NCBI GenBank assembly: GCA_002737665.1
Contig: NSIF01000003.1
Span: forward strand, 8,334-72,333
Length of the DNA: 64,000 nucleotides
Reading direction: 5' to 3'
DNA from: Flavobacteriales bacterium
GTDB lineage: Bacteria > Bacteroidota > Bacteroidia > Palsa-965
The notes beneath the pieces are model-generated. The model was not told where the DNA came from, made no database searches, and saw nothing but the letters and a program-made list of their open reading frames with translations. A program made the position numbers and the translations under genes. Of this stretch, positions 57,707 through 64,000 are shown piece by piece (within the stretch, counting starts at the first letter, position 1; every line of letters starts with the position of its first letter).

Positions 57707-58314
57707 ATGTTAACTACCGACATATTGCAATTGAAGGAAATATTGGTGCTGGAAAAACGACATTGGCAAAAAAGTTGTCTGAAAGATTAAACGCAAGATT
57801 TGTGCCCGAGCATTTTGAAGACAATTCTTTTCTTTCACCCTTCTATAAAGATCCGATACGGTATGGTTTTATACTTGAACTTTCCTTTTTAGAGGACCGC
57901 TTTAGACAAATGAAAGAGGCTTATAGCAAGGACGAGATTTTTGTATCTGATTATCTTTGGGAGAAATCTCTTGTGTTTGCTAAGGTTAACCTCAAAGGGG
58001 AAGAATTAAGACTCTTTGAACGAATTTATAATGTCATGGCTGAAGCTATGCCAGTTCCTGATCTTGTTATTTATTTGCATCGGGGACCAGATCGATTATT
58101 AGGACAAATAAGTCGTCGTGGTCGTGATTTTGAAAGTAAGATTCCAGCCGACTACCTAACAAAAGTCAGTGCAGGATATCGTGATCTTTTTGCTTCTGAA
58201 AATAGGATGCCTGTGCTTTGGATGAGTAATGATTATGGACCAGATGCATTGGCTTCTGAGGTTTTTAATTTATTAGATAAAAGGTACTCAATGGGCCTAC
58301 AACTTATTCCATAA
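57703..58314 (+). CDS. deoxynucleoside kinase (second paralog)
   Basis: 203 aa. IAIEGNIGAGKTTLAKKL, ...IYLHRGPDRLLGQISRRGRDFE. Its start overlaps the folK stop (ATGA). Confidence 0.85.
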   Translation: MNVNYRHIAIEGNIGAGKTTLAKKLSERLNARFVPEHFEDNSFLSPFYKDPIRYGFILELSFLEDRFRQMKEAYSKDEIFVSDYLWEKSLVFAKVNLKGEELRLFERIYNVMAEAMPVPDLVIYLHRGPDRLLGQISRRGRDFESKIPADYLTKVSAGYRDLFASENRMPVLWMSNDYGPDALASEVFNLLDKRYSMGLQLIP

Positions 58315-58431
58315 ACATAGTTTTGTGCCATTGAATTGAGAAAAATGCATTGAAATTAAGATTTTTCTTTTTTTTTTTGATAAATTGTTTACTTTTACAT
58401 CCGTACCATATATACGAAAATCCTAAACAAA

Positions 58432-60159
58432 ATGATGAAACATTTAAAAAATAGTGGACTTGGAATAGTTATTATAATAACTATTGGTTTTTATTCATGT
58501 ACTGGACTTGGTAAAATGCTTAAAAAAGAAGCTACTGTTAAATATTCTGTAGCCCCAAACCCACTTGAAGCTCATAATGATAGTGTTTCAGTTTCTATTA
58601 CTGTCAACTATCCTGAAAAATATTTTGGGAAAAAAGTACTTTTAACTGTTACCCCACAGTGTGGTACTCATCAATTTAAACCTGTTACTCTACTTGGAGA
58701 AAAGGCAATAGGTACTGGTTCAAAAATCTACAAAAAAACAGGTGGATCTTATACATATACTGATAAAGTAGCATACACAAAAGATATGTTGGATGCTGAA
58801 CTTAAATTAAATGCAGTAGGCGTTGTTAAAAAGAAGACTAAGGAGATGCCAGCACGTATGATTGGTAATGGAACAGTCATAACACCTTATCTTGTAAAAT
58901 ATGATGACAAAGCAATTTTTGGAAAAGATGCTTTTGTAAAGATTGTTGAAAAAAAGATTGAAGGTCAGACGCATTTCGTAATTAGTAGTACTACCTATAG
59001 CCCTAAAAAAGATGTTAAGGGTGATGATATGAAAGCGGCAATGGATTTTATGAAAGCTCACCACGCTAATCCAAATATGGAGTTGAAAGGAATGTCTGTT
59101 TCAGCTTATGCTTCTCCAGATGGCGAGTCGGAAGGAAATACAAAATTAGCTGCTGACCGTTTTACCAAAACACAGAAAGATATTCAGGCTATGTGTAAGG
59201 ATAAAAAAACTGGATATGAAGCAGCAACTAAAGATGAATTCTATCAAAAGGAAACAATTGCTGAAGATTGGGACGGGTTTCAATCTGCTGTTTCAAAATC
59301 CTCAATTAAGGACAAGGATTTAATTCTACGTGTTTTGTCAACTTACCCTGATGGCGCTAAACGTGAGCAAGAAATAAAAAATATGTCAGCAACTTATGAA
59401 GAGCTTGCAAAAGATATTTTACCACAACTTCGTCGTGCTGTTGTAACAGTAAATGCAATTCAACACAATCGTACAGATGCTCGAATTCTTGAGTTAGCAC
59501 GTTCAACAGCTGATAGTCTTTCCTTAGAAGAAATTCTTTATGCTGGTACCCTAACAAGTGACATCAATGAGAAATTAAACTTCTACAAGGCGTCTGAAAA
59601 AATGTATGCTTCTGATTGGAGAACATCGAACAATGTTGGAGGTATTTATTTGATGCAAAATAAACTTCAAGATGCTAAAGCGGCATTCAATAGAGCAGGT
59701 GGTGCTTCTGCTAACAATCCTATTATTATGAATAACCAAGCAATTGTAATGCGTTGGGAAGGTGATAGAAAATCTGCAAAAGCACAATTAGATATGTCAA
59801 AATCTGCAGGCCCTGAAGTAATGTACAACCTTGGAATAATTGCAATTCAAGATGGTGTTTATGCTGATGCAGTTTCAAACTTTGGTGGTAGCGCTTCTTT
59901 CAATGCAGCATTAGCAAAGGTTCTCTCTGGTGATCTTGACGGAGCTGTATCAACAATTGATAAAAGTTCTGAAAAAGAAGACGCACTTTCTTACTATCTG
60001 AAAGCTGTTATTGCTGCACGTAAAGGGAATAAAGAAGGTGTCGTAAGTAATTTAAAAACAGCTATCGGTAAAGACCCATCCTTAAAGCAACAAGCTAAAA
60101 CAGATGTTGAATTCTTGAAATCTCGTGAGGAAATCGATTTTAAGTCAACAGTTAATTAA
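58432..60159 (+). CDS. lipoprotein with OmpA-like segment and TPR-like C-terminal repeats
   Basis: 575 aa. Lipobox ...GFYSCTG. SAYASPDGESEGNTKLAADRF. C-terminal helical repeats (YNLGIIAIQDGVYADAVSNF..., YYLKAVIAARKGNKEG...). Confidence 0.6.
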   Translation: MMKHLKNSGLGIVIIITIGFYSCTGLGKMLKKEATVKYSVAPNPLEAHNDSVSVSITVNYPEKYFGKKVLLTVTPQCGTHQFKPVTLLGEKAIGTGSKIYKKTGGSYTYTDKVAYTKDMLDAELKLNAVGVVKKKTKEMPARMIGNGTVITPYLVKYDDKAIFGKDAFVKIVEKKIEGQTHFVISSTTYSPKKDVKGDDMKAAMDFMKAHHANPNMELKGMSVSAYASPDGESEGNTKLAADRFTKTQKDIQAMCKDKKTGYEAATKDEFYQKETIAEDWDGFQSAVSKSSIKDKDLILRVLSTYPDGAKREQEIKNMSATYEELAKDILPQLRRAVVTVNAIQHNRTDARILELARSTADSLSLEEILYAGTLTSDINEKLNFYKASEKMYASDWRTSNNVGGIYLMQNKLQDAKAAFNRAGGASANNPIIMNNQAIVMRWEGDRKSAKAQLDMSKSAGPEVMYNLGIIAIQDGVYADAVSNFGGSASFNAALAKVLSGDLDGAVSTIDKSSEKEDALSYYLKAVIAARKGNKEGVVSNLKTAIGKDPSLKQQAKTDVEFLKSREEIDFKSTVN

Positions 60160-60175
60160 TAAGATATATTAAATT

Positions 60176-60210
60176 AAAAAAAGCCCTTCGTTTTACGAGG
60201 GGCTTTTTTT
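60176..60210. terminator. bidirectional intrinsic terminator between convergent genes
   Basis: 9-bp stem agcccttcg / cgaggggct with one G-U pair and a 5-nt loop, flanked by A7 and T7 runs. Confidence 0.75.
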
Positions 60211-60250
60211 ATGTCTTTTAATGAATTTATGGTTCGAAAATTAATGTAAT

Positions 60251-60784
60251 TTATTTCGGTTGCATTTTATTCAGAATATCCCATGTAACAAGGCCCATAC
60301 TCACTGCAATATTTAGTGAATGTTTCATTCCATATTGTGGTATTTCAATTACGTCATTGCATTGTTGAATTACTTCCTCCCGAACGCCTTCCACTTCATT
60401 TCCAAAAATTAAAACTATTTTTTCATTTTTAGATGGAATGAAATCTACTAGAGAAATACTTTTGTCTGCTTGTTCGAGCGCATAAATTTTCCAGTTTTCT
60501 TTTCTTAATTCAATGATTGCCTCCAACGTTGATTCAAAATGTTTCCATCGTACAGTTTCAGTAGCACCTAATGCTGTCTTCTGAATTTCACGATGTGGTG
60601 GGATAGGGCTGAAGCCACATAAATAAATTGCTTCCAACAGAAATGCATCAGCGGTTCTAAAAATGGAACCTACATTATTCATGCTCCTAACATCATCCAA
60701 TAAAATAATAATTGGCGTTTTGATTGCCTTTTGAAATTCATCAACCGATTTACGATCCAATTCCTCATTCCTAAGCTTGCGCAT
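60251..60784 (-). CDS. TrmH/SpoU-family RNA 2'-O-methyltransferase
   Basis: 177 aa. NVGSIFRTADAF, LIFGNEVEGV, and IPQYGMKHSLNIAVSMGLV. Confidence 0.85.
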   Translation of the reverse strand: MRKLRNEELDRKSVDEFQKAIKTPIIILLDDVRSMNNVGSIFRTADAFLLEAIYLCGFSPIPPHREIQKTALGATETVRWKHFESTLEAIIELRKENWKIYALEQADKSISLVDFIPSKNEKIVLIFGNEVEGVREEVIQQCNDVIEIPQYGMKHSLNIAVSMGLVTWDILNKMQPK

Positions 60785-60951
60785 GGTACTCTGTGTTATT
60801 AGGTGAATCGATTCTGCTGTTTTAATTAATAGTTCAGCTAAGTAAATTTCAGTTAAAAACCCATAAAACAGGAATGGGGCTGTCCTTCAAAAGTATTGAA
60901 ATTTCTACTATTTCTATTAAAAAAATAAATGACATAACTAAATTTAAGGAG

Positions 60952-60959
60952 TATTTTTG
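60952..60959 (+). promoter_or_regulatory. -7 box TATTTTTG upstream of mutS
   Basis: Exact TAnnTTTG match, ending 6 nt before ATG 60966. Confidence 0.45.
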
Positions 60960-60965
60960 TTTCTT

Positions 60966-63602
60966 ATGGCAAAGGTTAAAGTTGTTGTGAATGGCGTTGT
61001 AGAAACGCCACTCATGAAACAATTCAATTCAATAAAAGCGAGATATCCTGATGCGATGTTGTTGTTTCGTGTGGGTGATTTTTATGAGACATTTGGAACG
61101 GATGCCATTAAAGCCTCTGCTGTATTAGGAATTGTTTTGACAAAACGGGCTAACGGAGCAGCGGCTTATATTGAACTTGCTGGTTTTCCTCATCATTCCC
61201 TGGATACTTATTTACCGAAATTGGTTCGTGCTGGGATGCGAGTTGCAATTTGTGATCAAATGGAAGATCCAAAGTTGACAAAAACGATTGTAAAACGAGA
61301 TGTGACAGAATTGGTAACACCTGGTGTTTCTTTTAGTGATAAAGTTTTAGACCATCGCTCCAATAATTTTCTTGCAGCTGTATTTATCAACGGTAGAAGT
61401 TGTGGTGTTTCTTTTCTTGATGTTTCAACGGGAGAATTCTTAGCTGCACAAGGAGATATTGTTTACGTAGAAAAATTATTGCAAAATTTCAGACCAAGTG
61501 AAGTTTTATTTCAAAAATCAAGAAAAAAAGAATTTCTTGAAAATTTTGGTGATAAATTTTATATTTTCGGATTAGATGATTGGATTTTTACAGAAGAATT
61601 TTCAACTGAAAAACTAATAAAACATTTCAACACAAATTCATTGAAAGGATTTGGCGTGGATGGATTAGCAGAAGGTACTATTGCAGCTGGAGCTGTTTTG
61701 CATTATTTGTCGGAAACGAACCATGAACGTGTGCAGCATATTTCTGCGCTTTCAAGAATAGAAGAGGATAAATATGTTTGGTTAGACCGGTTTACAATTC
61801 GAAATTTAGAATTATTCGGTTCTGCAAATGAAAATGCACGAACACTAACCGATGTCATTGATCGCACCGTTTCACCGATGGGTGCGCGACTTTTAAAACG
61901 TTGGTTGGCATTGCCATTAAAAGATATTGCTCCGATCAATGAACGGCTGGATGGTGTGCAAGCTTTACTAGATAGAAGTGAATTGCGAGACGCACTTATT
62001 GAACTTATTAAACCTATTGGTGATTTAGAACGCTTGGTTGCAAAAGCTGCAGCCGGACGAATTAATCCTCGCGAGTTGATGGTACTGCGTCGCGCTCTTG
62101 ATGCAATTGGGCCTATTCAAACTTTGTGCCTCTCATCAGGAAACATTCAACTTGAAAAAATTGCAGCTGTTTTAGATTCTTGTTCAATTATTCGTGATCG
62201 AATTGCAAAGGATCTTCATCCTGAGCCACCAATGTTGGTTCATAAAGGAAGTGTGATTGCTGACGGCGTTGACCTTGACTTAGATGAGTTGCGCCATTTA
62301 GCATTTTCGGGTAAAGATTATTTGCTAAAGTTGCAACATAGAGAAAGTGAAAGCACTAAAATACCTTCCTTGAAAGTTGCATTCAATAATGTTTTCGGAT
62401 ATTATTTGGAAGTTTCAAATGCGCATAAGGATAAAGTCCCATTGGAATGGATTCGCAAACAAACCTTGGTTAACGCAGAACGATACATTACGCCAGAATT
62501 AAAAACCTACGAAGAAAAAATACTTGGAGCAGAAGAAAAAATTCTGGCAATTGAGCAGAGACTTTTTGCCGAGCTTGTACTTTCATTAGGAGAATGGATT
62601 GTTCCCATACAACGAAATGCTGCAATACTTGGAAAATTAGATTGCCTGATTGGTTTTGCGAAACTTGCTGAACAACAAAATTATGTTCGTCCGCATATCA
62701 ACGACTCTTATATTCTTGATATAAAAAATGGACGTCATCCGGTAATTGAACAAATGTTGCCAGCTGGTGAAACTTACATCGCCAATGACATTTATTTGGA
62801 TCCCGATGCACAACAACTATTGATGATTACTGGTCCGAACATGGCAGGGAAATCGGCATTGCTTCGACAGACGGCATTAATCGTTTTACTTGCTCAAATG
62901 GGTTCTTTCGTTCCAGCAACACATGCACAAATAGGATTGGTTGATAAAATTTTTACACGCGTTGGTGCATCTGATAACATCTCTTCGGGCGAATCTACTT
63001 TTATGGTAGAGATGAATGAAACAGCTAGTATTTTAAATAATTTATCGAAACGGAGTTTGGTTTTGTTAGATGAAATTGGGCGAGGTACCAGCACCTATGA
63101 TGGAATATCTATTGCTTGGTCTATAGCAGAGTTTATTCATGAGCAGCAGGATGCTCGTGCTAAAACTTTATTTGCAACGCACTATCATGAGTTAAATGAC
63201 ATGGCAGATCGTTTTCCGAGGATTAGAAATTTTAATGTGAGTGTAAAAGAAGTAGGAAATAAAGTTATTTTTTTACGTAAATTAATTGCTGGTGGTAGTG
63301 AACACAGTTTCGGCATCCATGTTGCAAAAATGGCTGGTATGCCCAGAAAAGTTTTAGAGCGCGCAAAAGAAGTATTAATTCAACTTGAAAAATCGCACAG
63401 TGGCTCTGAATTAATGAATGATGCCGGTAAGCGAACGGTAATTAAAAAAGAAGAAGATTTACAATTGAGTTTTTTCCAGTTAGATGACCCCGTTTTAGAA
63501 AATATTAGGGAGGAATTGATAAAAGTGGATATTAACACCTTAACACCTGTTGAGGCCTTGATGAAGTTGAATGAAATTAAGAAGATGATCGGTGGAAAGT
63601 GA
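60966..63602 (+). CDS. mutS: DNA mismatch repair protein MutS
   Basis: The ORF track starts at TTG 60957. ATG 60966 gives MAKVKVVV... Motifs: [30 protein letters not shown], Walker A GPNMAGKS, and [11 protein letters not shown]...[14 protein letters not shown]. Confidence 0.97.
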   Translation: MAKVKVVVNGVVETPLMKQFNSIKARYPDAMLLFRVGDFYETFGTDAIKASAVLGIVLTKRANGAAAYIELAGFPHHSLDTYLPKLVRAGMRVAICDQMEDPKLTKTIVKRDVTELVTPGVSFSDKVLDHRSNNFLAAVFINGRSCGVSFLDVSTGEFLAAQGDIVYVEKLLQNFRPSEVLFQKSRKKEFLENFGDKFYIFGLDDWIFTEEFSTEKLIKHFNTNSLKGFGVDGLAEGTIAAGAVLHYLSETNHERVQHISALSRIEEDKYVWLDRFTIRNLELFGSANENARTLTDVIDRTVSPMGARLLKRWLALPLKDIAPINERLDGVQALLDRSELRDALIELIKPIGDLERLVAKAAAGRINPRELMVLRRALDAIGPIQTLCLSSGNIQLEKIAAVLDSCSIIRDRIAKDLHPEPPMLVHKGSVIADGVDLDLDELRHLAFSGKDYLLKLQHRESESTKIPSLKVAFNNVFGYYLEVSNAHKDKVPLEWIRKQTLVNAERYITPELKTYEEKILGAEEKILAIEQRLFAELVLSLGEWIVPIQRNAAILGKLDCLIGFAKLAEQQNYVRPHINDSYILDIKNGRHPVIEQMLPAGETYIANDIYLDPDAQQLLMITGPNMAGKSALLRQTALIVLLAQMGSFVPATHAQIGLVDKIFTRVGASDNISSGESTFMVEMNETASILNNLSKRSLVLLDEIGRGTSTYDGISIAWSIAEFIHEQQDARAKTLFATHYHELNDMADRFPRIRNFNVSVKEVGNKVIFLRKLIAGGSEHSFGIHVAKMAGMPRKVLERAKEVLIQLEKSHSGSELMNDAGKRTVIKKEEDLQLSFFQLDDPVLENIREELIKVDINTLTPVEALMKLNEIKKMIGGK

Positions 63603-63818
63603 AAATAGTTTAGCCAATTGAGTCGTTGAGTTTTTCATTTTATTAAAAAAAGAGTATAAAGTGCTGTTAAACAGTGGTTTTTGGTAATTTACAGGCACTA
63701 AATTTATTTCAAATGAAATTTTGCAGATTGCGATTGGAAAACTACTTTTGTAACCCTTAAAGAATAGGTCTATTTTTTGGCATATTAGGTAATTGTTCTT
63801 TGTATTGAATAGAAATAA

Positions 63819-63891
63819 GCGAAAGTAGCTCAGTTGGTAGAGCGTAACCTTGCCAAGGTTAAGGTCGCCGGTTCGAGACCGGTCTTTCGCT
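63819..63891 (+). tRNA. tRNA-Gly (anticodon GCC)
   Basis: GCGAAAG-TA-GCTC-AGTTGGTA-GAGC-G-TAACC-TTGCCAA-GGTTA-AGGTC-GCCGG-TTCGAGA-CCGGT-CTTTCGC-T. Full cloverleaf of 73 nt. CCA is not encoded. Confidence 0.9.
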
Positions 63892-63895
63892 CAAA

Positions 63896-63921
63896 AGCCT
63901 CTCTTTAAGAGGCTTTTTTTT
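63896..63921 (+). terminator. intrinsic terminator after tRNA-Gly
   Basis: 7-bp stem agcctct / agaggct with a short loop, followed by a run of 8 T. Confidence 0.7.
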
Positions 63922-63961
63922 GTTCTGTGAATGTTTTTGTTTGCTCTGTTGGGCAGACTAT

Positions 63962-64000
63962 GCTTGGGTGGTGGAACTGGTAGACACGCCGGACTTAAAA
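63962..64000 (+). tRNA. tRNA-Leu (anticodon UAA), 3' part beyond window
   Basis: GCTTGGG-TG-GTGGAACTGGTAGACAC-GCCGGA-CTTAAAA... Class II D-arm typical of tRNA-Leu, and an anticodon loop CUUAAAA. Truncated at base 64000. Confidence 0.75.

Noticed and set aside
58362-58378. T5-C-T11 homopolymer tract in the promoter region of the lipoprotein gene at 58432 as a slipped-strand phase-variation switch.
   Set aside because: I found only near-matches to the -33/-7 elements around it, so spacing effects cannot be argued. Long T-runs are frequent in this AT-rich genome. It could be revisited by comparing tract length across reads or strains.

Overview
AT-rich 64-kb chromosomal segment that reads as Bacteroidota. 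The evidence is TAnnTTTG-type -7 promoter boxes only a few nt from start codons, almost no Shine-Dalgarno sequences, three proteins ending in T9SS C-terminal sorting domains, and PorV/PorQ-, PorT-, GldM- and GldL-like genes. I call about 52 protein genes on both strands, tRNA-Gly(GCC), a tRNA-Leu(UAA) cut by the right edge, one TPP riboswitch and six hairpin terminators. I saw no transposase, integrase, CRISPR array, rRNA or prophage signal. The backbone is housekeeping: lnt, pssA, purS, comM/yifB, atpDC, ribF, ahcY, greA, ruvC, dgt, ubiE, folK, mutS and two deoxynucleoside kinases. The parts worth a second look are these. (1) A tight three-gene outer-membrane operon at 21419-30433: an Oar-like TonB-dependent barrel, a 1384-aa secreted giant with an atypical CTD-like end, and a PorV-like barrel. 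I cannot match it to any described system. (2) A PadR regulator coupled to a membrane protein that looks like a chimera of duplicated GldL-type TM hairpins and a GldM-N-like domain. It sits divergent to a 1712-aa T9SS adhesin, with a perfect 9-bp inverted repeat between the two promoters. (3) A TPP riboswitch with its own promoter driving a TonB-dependent receptor, just downstream of a five-gene translationally coupled operon (PPTase, archaeal-type GGGP synthase, ThiE-like, PnuC, NadR-like kinase). Limits: everything was done by eye from the sequence and the ORF track. There were no database searches, family assignments rest on recalled motifs, and hand-counted motif coordinates may be off by 1-2 nt.
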